This document shows, piece by piece, positions 13,001 through 21,002 of a DNA stretch of 64,000 nt (the first letter of the stretch is position 1; each line of letters starts with the position of its first letter). Origin of the DNA: a virus; the IMG/VR virus record IMGVR_UViG_3300010151_007551, positions 23,860 to 87,859 of that record, one strand, 5' to 3'. Below the pieces are notes generated by a model. It was not told the DNA's origin. It did not search any database and saw only the letters and a list, made by a program, of their open reading frames with translations. A program made the position numbers and the translations under genes.

Positions 13001-14307
13001 TCTCAATTAATAAAAATGGTAAGCTTAAAATAAGTGAATCGTCTACAGAAATAAAAAATACGCTATTAGATATAAATGAAAAATTATTTAATAAAGTTAA
13101 AGGAAAACCAGATCCAAATTTAAACGAAGGCGAATTAACAAACAAGAAAAAAGTTTTAGAGAAAGAAATACAAAAAGAAATAAACATTAAAAAGAAAAGG
13201 CTTCTTAAAAAAGATTTAAAGAAGACCGATGCCTCTTTATCAGATATTTCTGACACTAAAGATATTCAGGAATCTAATTCTATAGATTCTGATAAACTAT
13301 CTAAGCTTTCTAAGTTTAAGGTAAATTTTAATCCGTTTAAATCATTAACGGATATGTTACCAGTTAGCGTAGATTTAATATCACTACCGACCGCGGCATC
13401 GCTGCCCTTTGATTCAGCAAAAATAATAATTGATAGTTATATAAAAAATTTATCAAGTGAATCTCTCGTATCTATGTTAGGTGGAGTAAATGAAATATCA
13501 CCAAATACTATTAAAGATAGTTATTTTAATATTATAAGTGCAAATGTTCCAAAAGACTTAAATATTCCAGATGATCTTAATTTACAAACAATGAGTTCGT
13601 CTTTTTCAGGTATGTTTAATTCATTAAGTGGCAAAAAAGAAGAAATTGATATTTTAAAACCATTTACTTTATCTAAAAGTATTCCTTTAAATTTAAATAT
13701 TCTAATTAAACCAATGTTAGATATAATAGTTGGAAATATGGACGAAGTAGTAGAATGTTTACCTATCGATGTTGAAAATGATTTCAATAGTTTAAATCCA
13801 GTTGATTTAAAGGTCAATATTAAAAATACAGTTTTAGATAAAATAGAAAATTTATCATCGGTATTGAGTCCTGTATATAGCGTTCTATCACTGTTAAAAT
13901 CCACAAATGGCATTACTTTAAATCCATCTGATAAATTATCATTTTTATCATTACCGTTTGGTGGAATAATACTTGCTAAATTTATATCAGAGGCTACTTT
14001 AAAAATGTCTACGTCAAAGTCGTTTAATACTCCAACGTTCGATTTAAAGGCCACCGAGAAAGCATCTGCTCTCATAGAATCCACCATTAATCCAATTATG
14101 AGTGTTCCTATGAGTTACATTATACCTGCAACTGCTGCAATGGTACAACAACAGTCTTCTCTTAGGTTACTTCATCCTATTTTAAACGCAGATGATATTC
14201 CTCCATGGGAAAGATTATCGGCCAAGAATTTTTTATTCATTTTATTTTTAGATGAATTCATCACATCTGCCGCTGATAAAATAGGATTTTATAGAAGATT
14301 TATTTAA
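10093..14307 (+). CDS. Large hypothetical protein with coiled-coil regions, possibly virion-associated
   Basis: 1404-aa ORF with GTG start; Pro-rich segment YWPIGLVIPTPVKLVKIPLPIVWIP; AATAAATAA late-type motif upstream. Confidence 0.75.
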   Translation: MGCEEDDLKTLDDLIKRAIASQKSDLLDASNIESRGTDNIESRGTDNIDDILDTIESCPVPISPIFTKKQLDDISCIIDSSTELPSQPDLLDLKTESINDLSPEECEKKASSLNEELKIELKEYTDLNILLEKLIEYKDNYKVFTKYFSERAAEMARLMNKFQPVLEDIRRLETEKVELNLELVKVQSALDELYSIVASGQIIYSAWWNDNFDVVADVQTEIQTFIARKKEIVSNIETVENNITKKENLRDTYTSEEDIINDNDITNILDGSTINTVGLIAGTNFITQVTLALTSAGFSSIKNSIKDYSSVIKTDSASIAGIKTLVKTPIISFNLDFIGINSIPIEEDVYNKETGDRSTITINFPIKNNKYLHNNSFFNSVSGVNIKDASINTNLTGDLYEKYYNKLEDPLNLMFSTQDKGLTSSATLVDPKLKGTDFQVKRENSTDYYIRDIGKMQRFYEDFENIFNKRKLEIRKTDVEPLFNGVALNLKKLAVLDVKLFLALGRINLDIIDESQDLKLIIKNIERSQEDFLKNATSLNEEIIRIKARIKELKPTPEKIKKRLAALDMKCFEDKEPIENESELKRKVDDLEGNDPYGVETLKGVDPTLPSANDMKYWLQFSKILNMVNILPLPKDPTSLRYWPIGLVIPTPVKLVKIPLPIVWIPITTLSSPAGQTVIFITINGLFISPVIFNSSSSGLKQHKITIRGATNDFGYNVNKAVKKTISFPLSIAAAKDRAITSQKNPSDELSKIDRDKYELEMNLMKEKIKNAGPSQKKKLNKQINDLRDSISLESGSEILQKNLDRKESPQDAIDDAIKSIFSRLDDLNEPEFNGCRDIQNKITKRKNDIRKNINKTYESKMSIKEKRKKIKEYNKELKKDGISMDSKKKAIKEDISKFFNKVKLPTLSLPKDKTKINPSLTPAESMKEVSDQALTNYEYNLTSKNNKNVRKILLTNITKVTNNIDLTNLSINKNGKLKISESSTEIKNTLLDINEKLFNKVKGKPDPNLNEGELTNKKKVLEKEIQKEINIKKKRLLKKDLKKTDASLSDISDTKDIQESNSIDSDKLSKLSKFKVNFNPFKSLTDMLPVSVDLISLPTAASLPFDSAKIIIDSYIKNLSSESLVSMLGGVNEISPNTIKDSYFNIISANVPKDLNIPDDLNLQTMSSSFSGMFNSLSGKKEEIDILKPFTLSKSIPLNLNILIKPMLDIIVGNMDEVVECLPIDVENDFNSLNPVDLKVNIKNTVLDKIENLSSVLSPVYSVLSLLKSTNGITLNPSDKLSFLSLPFGGIILAKFISEATLKMSTSKSFNTPTFDLKATEKASALIESTINPIMSVPMSYIIPATAAMVQQQSSLRLLHPILNADDIPPWERLSAKNFLFILFLDEFITSAADKIGFYRRFI
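10182..10238 (+). repeat. Perfect in-frame 24-bp tandem duplication (NIESRGTD x2 plus a partial copy)
   Basis: TAATATTGAATCACGAGGTACAGA twice, then TAATATTGA. Confidence 0.9.
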
Positions 14308-14383
14308 AACTTATTTGTTTTATTTTATATAATATAAATAAACTAGTATAACGTTAATAATTAATAATTTTAAAATTACATAA

Positions 14384-15577
14384 ATGGCATTTAGTAATTA
14401 CGATCATGTAAAACCTCTCGAAGATTTCGATTGGAGTCAATACACTAATGATAAATATAATACATCAATTGTATTAACAGAAGAAGATAAAAAAGCAAGA
14501 GTAAAAATACTATGTAAAGAACCGTATGCACAAGAGCTATACGATAAGATGGTTGCATGGGAAGGCAAAAGTGGCAGTGAAATAGCATATGATAAAGATT
14601 TTAAAGTTGGCCAACTGTATACTGTTGAGGCAAAAAGCATTTCTTTTGATTTAAGAGCAGTTGTAGTAGAAGAAGTAAATACCCTTGGACAAATAATTGT
14701 TCCATTCAAAGAATTTTCTGGAGATTTAGATGAATTAGCAAAAGGAAACTTAGATGCACAGTTTAGAGTAATTTTATATAAACAAACAGGCAATGGAGAA
14801 TATTTAGCCTCAGAACGCAAATGTAGAGCTATTAACTTCGCAGAAGAATTATTGCAACACCAAAAAAATAATACTTGGTTTGAGGTTAAAATCAAATCTT
14901 TAATAAAGGGAGGATATTTAGCTACATATAAAGACGAGGTAAAGTGTTTTATACCAGGTTCACATGCAGGAGCCAATGTAATTCACGATTTTTCAACTTT
15001 ACTAGGTAAAACTATTAATGTGATGGTAGACAATTATGATAAATCAAATAGCTTGTTTATTTTATCATATAAGAAATATGTTACACAGAGCCTTCCTATT
15101 AAAATAAGTGATCTTAGATTCAATAAAAAATATACTGGTAAATTAACAACTCGACCATATGACTTTGGAATGTTTATAGAGTTTGAAGGATATTACACTG
15201 GTCTTTTACATAGTTCTGAATTTAAAGACTATAATAAAGCAAAGAATGAAATGAAAACCGGAGATGAGGTTTCTTTTTGGATAAAGGACGTTAACTTTAA
15301 GAAAAGACAATATAGAATAGTTTTAACGTTAAATGAAAATTCTATTTCTAAAAACATGATAGGATGGGATAATACTAAGGAAGAATTAGAAGGAAAGCTT
15401 TTTGATTTTGAACTTAGTGAAAATCAAAAAGCAGTTGTTATAGAAACAGAAAATGGTCCAATTGAATTAGGATTAAACCGTCTATATAAAGATAAGGATT
15501 TAAGTACATATTCTAAGGTTTCTATAATAAAGGTAGATTCTATAAATAAGACTTTTAATTATAGGTTAATTTCATAA
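14384..15577 (+). CDS. Ribosomal protein S1-like protein
   Basis: N-terminus VKPLEDFDWSQY resembles the Bacteroidota bS1 leader. S1 domains at VKIKSLIKGGY...CFIPGSH and YTGKLT..YDFGMFIEFEGYYTGLLHSSE. Confidence 0.8.
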   Translation: MAFSNYDHVKPLEDFDWSQYTNDKYNTSIVLTEEDKKARVKILCKEPYAQELYDKMVAWEGKSGSEIAYDKDFKVGQLYTVEAKSISFDLRAVVVEEVNTLGQIIVPFKEFSGDLDELAKGNLDAQFRVILYKQTGNGEYLASERKCRAINFAEELLQHQKNNTWFEVKIKSLIKGGYLATYKDEVKCFIPGSHAGANVIHDFSTLLGKTINVMVDNYDKSNSLFILSYKKYVTQSLPIKISDLRFNKKYTGKLTTRPYDFGMFIEFEGYYTGLLHSSEFKDYNKAKNEMKTGDEVSFWIKDVNFKKRQYRIVLTLNENSISKNMIGWDNTKEELEGKLFDFELSENQKAVVIETENGPIELGLNRLYKDKDLSTYSKVSIIKVDSINKTFNYRLIS

Positions 15578-15585
15578 ATTTTTTT

Positions 15586-15714
15586 AGATAGAGTTGATTA
15601 TACACACGGTAAAATATATAATCTTATAATGATTACCTCTATCTTAATACCGTATTAAATTATAAATTTTGAACAACATTCATTGTTGATACAAGAATTA
15701 ACGCGTAACCACGT
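15586..15714 (+). promoter_or_regulatory. Candidate structured RNA leader upstream of the class II RNR gene
   Basis: AGATAGAG/CTCTATCT and GATTATA/TATAATC stems; loop ACGGTA is complementary to downstream TACCGT; two further small hairpins. Confidence 0.45.
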
Positions 15715-15745
15715 GAAAATGAAACATAAAAAAAATAAAATAAAT

Positions 15746-18316
15746 ATGGAACAATTTATTATGAATGAAGATAAAACTACACCGGCCCTTTCATTAAATA
15801 ATACAAATTTTATAGATGAATTTAGCTTTGAGATATTTGATCAAACGTATAGGTTTTTTGAAAATGAAAATATAAACGAAGCTCAATTAAGGAGTGCAAT
15901 TGATCTAGCAGAACCAGAAGACAATTATTCAGATTCAAAGGGATCTGAATATTGGGCAAAAAGGTTTAATTATGTATTAGAAGATTTTAAACTCGTAACA
16001 GGTGGTAGAATTTTATCAAACGCTGGAACTGGGCTCAAGGGAACTACTTATATTAATTGTTTTGTTGATGGCTTTACTGGAAAATGTCAAGATTCTATGG
16101 AAAGTATTATGAATACTTTAAAACGGCAAGCGATGATTTTAAAATCTGAAGGCGGATATGGTTTTTGTTCAGACGTAATGAGACCAAGGGGAACGTATGT
16201 CAATGGAATAGGAAACGAGTCACCTGGTTCCGTTAAAATGTTAGAAATGTGGGACAAGCAATCTGAAATAGTAACAGCTGGTTCCGGTAGAAAAAATACC
16301 AGGAAAAAGGGTAAAATAAAAATACGTAAAGGTGCTCAAATGGTTACTATGTCAATATGGCATCCCGACATAGAGGAATTTATAAAAGCTAAGCAAACGC
16401 CAGGTAGATTAACAAAGTTTAATATGTCGTGTTTAATCACTGATGATTTTATGGAAGCTAAAGAAAAGGGATTACCTTGGAATTTAGAATTTCCAAGCAT
16501 AGACGATAATATAAAGAGATATGATAACGAATGGGATGGAAATTTAAAGAAATGGAAAGATAAAGGATATGCCACAGTTGTATATAAAACGTATCAAAAC
16601 GCTGAAGAATTATGGGATATTATAATGGAATCTACATATAATAGAAATGAACCAGGTGTTCTTTTTGTTGATACTATGAATAAACTTAATAATTTAAAAT
16701 ATTGTGAATATATTAGTGCAACAAATCCGTGTGGAGAACAGATTTTACCAATAGGTGGTGTATGTTTATTGGGATCTTTGAATTTAACACAATTTGTTGA
16801 TTTTAAGAATAAAGATTGGGATTATGAAAAACTTGATGAAATAATTCCATTAGCGGTTCGTTTATTAGATAATGTTAATGATAAAACAAACGTTCCACTT
16901 AAATCACAAGAGGAAAATTTAAGAAATAAAAGGAGAATAGGATTAGGCGTTATGGGATATGGATCAGCGTTGATGATGTTAAAAATAAGATATGGTTCTA
17001 AAAAAGCATTGGAAATAACTGATAAATTAGAAAGCCATATTGCTAATCGGGCATATCAAGCTTCTGCGCTTTTAGCAAAAGAAAAAGGTTCTTTCTTAAT
17101 GTATAATGAAAAAGAATATTTATCTTCTGAATTTATAAAGGTTTTAAATGATGATACTATTAATATGATAAAAAAATATGGCATAAGAAATTCACATCTT
17201 TTATCTATTCAACCGACTGGTAATACTTCAATATTAGCTAATATTGTTTCAGGGGGACTTGAACCGGTTTTTATGCCACAGTATGTTAGAACATCTATGA
17301 TGCCATATGCTCCAGACGGATTGGATATTCCTGAAATTATTAATTTTAAGGAAGCAAAAGCAAATAGTTGTAAAACTAAATGGTCTTGGACAAAAGAGGG
17401 CGATGAGAACGTACTTAGAACAGAATTTAATGGTTACGTTTGGAAAATGGATGAAGCTCGAGGATTGCTTAGAGAGACTGTGGTGAAGGATTATGCCGTT
17501 AGGTTTTTAGAAGAAAGAGGAGAGTGGAATCCTAAAGAAAAATGGGCCGCTACCACAACTGAGCTTGGTATAGATGAACATATAAAAACAATGGAAGTAT
17601 TCGCAAAATACATAGATTCTGCTATGAGTAAAACTGTAAATATACCAAATGAATACAGTTATGAGGATTTTAAGAAATTATATACAGATGTTCATAAGAC
17701 CGGTGTTATAAAAGGATGCACTACATATAGAGCAGGGACTATGACAGAAGTATTGGGTTCTACTAAAAATTCTAAGGATGATGATAAAATATATGTACCA
17801 AAAACAGATGCTCCAGATAGACCAAAGGTTTTAAATTGTGATATACATCATTTAACTGCAGTGGGTAAAAAATGGATAGTTTTAGTAGGTTTATTAGAAG
17901 GAGATCCATATGAAATATTCGCATTTAAAACAAAATCTATACATTTACCATATAGCGTAAAGGCTGGGAGATTAAAAAAGGCTAAGCGAGGTGTTTATAA
18001 CTTAGAATGTGACAATGGTCTCATGATAGAAAACATAGCAGATAATTTTGAAACCGATGAGCAAGAAGCTCTTACTAGAATAATATCATGTGCACTTAGG
18101 CATGGTGCCAATATTCAATTCGTTTTTGAACAATTAAATAAATCAGAAGGTGGAATAATATCCTTTAGTAGAGCGATTGCGAGAACTCTTAAAAAATATT
18201 TAACGGATGGCGCAAAAGCAAATGGAATAGTTTGTAACAATTGTAAAAGTTCCAATATTGTTTATCAAGAGGGATGCGAAGTATGTTTAGATTGTGGAAG
18301 TGGAAAGTGTAGCTAA
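15746..18316 (+). CDS. nrdJ: Class II (adenosylcobalamin-dependent) ribonucleotide reductase
   Basis: GGRILSNAG, INCFV, TNPCGEQ, CLLGS and SIQPTG motifs plus a C-terminal TSCPD-like region and Zn ribbon (CNNC...EGCEVCLDCG.GKC). Start at 15746 or 15761 is more plausible than the TTG at 15683. Confidence 0.9.
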   Translation: MEQFIMNEDKTTPALSLNNTNFIDEFSFEIFDQTYRFFENENINEAQLRSAIDLAEPEDNYSDSKGSEYWAKRFNYVLEDFKLVTGGRILSNAGTGLKGTTYINCFVDGFTGKCQDSMESIMNTLKRQAMILKSEGGYGFCSDVMRPRGTYVNGIGNESPGSVKMLEMWDKQSEIVTAGSGRKNTRKKGKIKIRKGAQMVTMSIWHPDIEEFIKAKQTPGRLTKFNMSCLITDDFMEAKEKGLPWNLEFPSIDDNIKRYDNEWDGNLKKWKDKGYATVVYKTYQNAEELWDIIMESTYNRNEPGVLFVDTMNKLNNLKYCEYISATNPCGEQILPIGGVCLLGSLNLTQFVDFKNKDWDYEKLDEIIPLAVRLLDNVNDKTNVPLKSQEENLRNKRRIGLGVMGYGSALMMLKIRYGSKKALEITDKLESHIANRAYQASALLAKEKGSFLMYNEKEYLSSEFIKVLNDDTINMIKKYGIRNSHLLSIQPTGNTSILANIVSGGLEPVFMPQYVRTSMMPYAPDGLDIPEIINFKEAKANSCKTKWSWTKEGDENVLRTEFNGYVWKMDEARGLLRETVVKDYAVRFLEERGEWNPKEKWAATTTELGIDEHIKTMEVFAKYIDSAMSKTVNIPNEYSYEDFKKLYTDVHKTGVIKGCTTYRAGTMTEVLGSTKNSKDDDKIYVPKTDAPDRPKVLNCDIHHLTAVGKKWIVLVGLLEGDPYEIFAFKTKSIHLPYSVKAGRLKKAKRGVYNLECDNGLMIENIADNFETDEQEALTRIISCALRHGANIQFVFEQLNKSEGGIISFSRAIARTLKKYLTDGAKANGIVCNNCKSSNIVYQEGCEVCLDCGSGKCS

Positions 18317-18354
18317 TTGAATTTGAATAAATAACAAAAAGTATAAATATTATC

Positions 18355-18867
18355 ATGTATAATAAAAATATTAAATTTGTTTTTTCATATTCAGATTTTA
18401 TTAAAGTAAATGAACAGGAAATGGGAATGGGAGGAATGGGTGTTGATCCTATGGCAGGTGCAGGTGGAAATGCTCCACCTCCTAAAAAAGATAAAATCTT
18501 TTCTTTTATTTTTATAAATCATCCAACTAATCATGCAGTTAAGAATTACGAGGATGGTGGATATACTAAACGATATATTACATATGAAATGCCAGAAAAA
18601 GATATCTCTAAATGGATAGATGTTTCTCTTAAAGCAAAAAGAGATGGATATGAAAATGTATCTAAAGAAGATATTTTAAATGCCATCACCGGAGAAAAAT
18701 TCTCCTTAACTAAATCAGAAAAAAAGTTTTTAGATTTTTTTAGACACTCTGTTACCGTAGGTAAAAAAGGAGAAAGATCTATAGACATAGATGTATATTT
18801 TGATAAAAATCATATTCCATCTACTGACTCATTAGAAGTTACTTTTTTGGACACTATAAGCAAATGA
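18355..18867 (+). CDS. Hypothetical protein, probable late/internal head protein
   Basis: N-terminal VFSYSDFIKVNE motif then a Gly/Met/Pro linker; TATAAATA upstream. Confidence 0.65.
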   Translation: MYNKNIKFVFSYSDFIKVNEQEMGMGGMGVDPMAGAGGNAPPPKKDKIFSFIFINHPTNHAVKNYEDGGYTKRYITYEMPEKDISKWIDVSLKAKRDGYENVSKEDILNAITGEKFSLTKSEKKFLDFFRHSVTVGKKGERSIDIDVYFDKNHIPSTDSLEVTFLDTISK

Positions 18868-19637
18868 ATATACTAGGATATAATGAATTCTTAAAAGAGG
18901 GCTCTTCAATAGAGCTTTCTTCTGTTTCTAGGGTAATATCTACTGCAGTAAATGAGATAATGAAAAGAATAGTTAAAGCAGAGTTTCCAATAGGAAAAGA
19001 TTATTATAATATATTTAACTATGAAATAGCAAATGACAATAATTTAGCAGATATTAAGGTTTTCATTAGAAAAGACAATAATCCTAATTTTTCAGAAGAT
19101 CCACATTTTAATAATATGAAATGGGAAAGGCACAGGTTCAAAGAAGATGGATTTGCAATAGACGCAAACACTTTTATTGAAAAAAACGCAGTGCCTGAGA
19201 TACAAGTATCTATATTAATAGACCCAGATAGAGCTGTCATTAGGCCAGGTGTAGATTCATACGATAAAATATATAATAAATTAAATAATTTAGTGGATCA
19301 TGAACTAAATCATACGCATCAGATAGGCATAAATAGATCACCGTTTAAAACAATACCTTCTCATAAGGATCATAGAGATAATTCAAATAATAATAACTAC
19401 TTCACTCTTCCAGAGGAAATAGAATCAATGGTAAGTGGAATGTATAGACAATCCAAATTAGAAAATGTTCCATTAGATAACATATTTGATAAACATTTAA
19501 ATATTTATGTTAAAGATAAATTCATAACAGAAGATCAAAAACTAGATATAATTCATACGTGGATTGAATATGCATTAATTAATTACCCAGATAGCTCTTT
19601 TAGTGCTAAATATTACAATTTTATCAATAAAATTTAA
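18864..19637 (+). CDS. HExxH (zincin-like) protein
   Basis: VDHELNHTHQ with downstream YFTLPEEIES; N-terminal ILGYNEFLKE. Confidence 0.6.
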   Translation: MNILGYNEFLKEGSSIELSSVSRVISTAVNEIMKRIVKAEFPIGKDYYNIFNYEIANDNNLADIKVFIRKDNNPNFSEDPHFNNMKWERHRFKEDGFAIDANTFIEKNAVPEIQVSILIDPDRAVIRPGVDSYDKIYNKLNNLVDHELNHTHQIGINRSPFKTIPSHKDHRDNSNNNNYFTLPEEIESMVSGMYRQSKLENVPLDNIFDKHLNIYVKDKFITEDQKLDIIHTWIEYALINYPDSSFSAKYYNFINKI

Positions 19638-19683
19638 AACCTATTTTTCTAGATCAGTAGAAAATATAAAAAATTATAATAAA

Positions 19684-19953
19684 ATGAGTGAATTAAATGA
19701 ATTTGAAACGTTTAAAGCAGTAGTCTTGAATGTTCAAGACGATGTATTTGGACAAATAAATGAAATTCTTGCAGAGTCTGAAGAAGACGCTGTTAAATTT
19801 TATGAAAAAGGAAATAAGAGCGCAGGAACAAGGTTAAGGTCTAGTATGCAAAAAATTAGAAAACTTATCCACCATCCAACTATTCGTCAAAGCATGAATA
19901 AAGTTAATTTAGGTGCACAGGAGGTGCGAATTAACGTAAACGATAGTAAATAA
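19684..19953 (+). CDS. Hc1 histone H1-like family small protein
   Basis: EEDAVKFYEKGNKSAGTRLRSSMQKIRKL is the signature of the Bacteroidota Hc1-like family. ATG at 19684 follows the promoter motif at 19637-19664. Confidence 0.8.
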   Translation: MSELNEFETFKAVVLNVQDDVFGQINEILAESEEDAVKFYEKGNKSAGTRLRSSMQKIRKLIHHPTIRQSMNKVNLGAQEVRINVNDSK

Positions 19954-19991
19954 ATAAAGCTATAGATATAGTTTATTTTATACACTAGATT

Positions 19992-20045
19992 AAACGCCTT
20001 AATTGAAGTAGACTTAAAAATCTATTAAAATTAAGGCGTTTTTTA
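19992..20045 (+). terminator. Extended hairpin terminator
   Basis: AAACGCCTTAATT/AATTAAGGCGTTT 13-bp stem with an inner TAGA/TCTA stem, followed by a T run. Confidence 0.7.
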
Positions 20046-20097
20046 TTGTTTTTAAATAAAAATGAACTTTTTTGTAAAAAAATGTTAAAATAATAAA

Positions 20098-20586
20098 ATG
20101 AAGCACAATACATGGATAACGAGTAATTCTATCTCAAAAACCGCTAGTTCTCAGGTATATTCACCATATAATGTTGGTGTTAGAAATCGTGTAAGAAATA
20201 ATAATATTGTGCAAGATGATCAAGAAAATGCGCCATCTATTTTACCCGAAAGGTTATCCTCGACTCCAAATCCTGCTTCTACAAAGTGGATAACCAGAAC
20301 TAGGATAAAGGTTGATCAAACATCTGATGATGCACAAATAGTAGATCCTGGTATACCAGGAAATAATCTTGTGTTTTTTGATAAGGTAGTATTAGATGGA
20401 ATAACAGATAGTGAAAATGTGGAATTTGGACTACCGTCTAGTCCAGACAAGGGTTCTGAACACATATATCTAAATGGACAGCTGCTAGATGCAGAAGATT
20501 ACACAATAGTGGGAGCCAGTGTCACGTTTAATTTTATACCTATGAAAGGCTCAAGATTATTGATATCTTACAGGGAAATTAAATAA
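20098..20586 (+). CDS. Hypothetical protein with a beta-rich phage structural repeat domain
   Basis: GSEHIYLNGQLL...DYTIVGASVTFNFIP..GSRLLISY is a module common in phage tail and fibre proteins. Confidence 0.6.
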   Translation: MKHNTWITSNSISKTASSQVYSPYNVGVRNRVRNNNIVQDDQENAPSILPERLSSTPNPASTKWITRTRIKVDQTSDDAQIVDPGIPGNNLVFFDKVVLDGITDSENVEFGLPSSPDKGSEHIYLNGQLLDAEDYTIVGASVTFNFIPMKGSRLLISYREIK

Positions 20587-20679
20587 TGTGTAATTAAAAA
20601 TTATTATCATAAATATCTGATATTTTTTATGCAAAAACGTAAAAAATTAATCTAATAACTAGATAAATAAATATGAACA

Positions 20680-20916
20680 ATGGAAAAATCAACAACATAT
20701 TACACAACATCAGATTTATATTTAGCAGCCTATTTAAAGGTAAAGGGCGGTAAGCTTTCCGTTGAAAAGAAGGGTTCCAAAGCCCTATTTAAATTTATAG
20801 AAAATCCAGATTTATCTTCAAATGTAAATGATTATTTTATGGAAACCGGTTCTTGCGAACCATTGGCATATACCAATGTCATAAAAAACCTAAAGAACCT
20901 GATCTTTAATAGTTAA
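20680..20916 (+). CDS. DUF5659-like small protein
   Basis: YTTSDLYLAAYL...ALFKF pattern. Confidence 0.55.
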   Translation: MEKSTTYYTTSDLYLAAYLKVKGGKLSVEKKGSKALFKFIENPDLSSNVNDYFMETGSCEPLAYTNVIKNLKNLIFNS

Positions 20917-21002
20917 TAAAACTAAAAAGATTTAAGTTAAAAAAATGGTTTTATTTCTATAGAATTCAGGCGAAATTAGGGCCTAAAAAAAATCTAAAAA
21001 AA

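Noticed and set aside
18421-18470. MGMGGMG segment as a displaced GroEL GGM tail
   Set aside because: It is a low-complexity linker 8 kb from groEL with no evidence of a connection.
20968-20984. AGGC/GCCT hairpin before the 680-aa ORF
   Set aside because: Only 4 bp, too weak to call.
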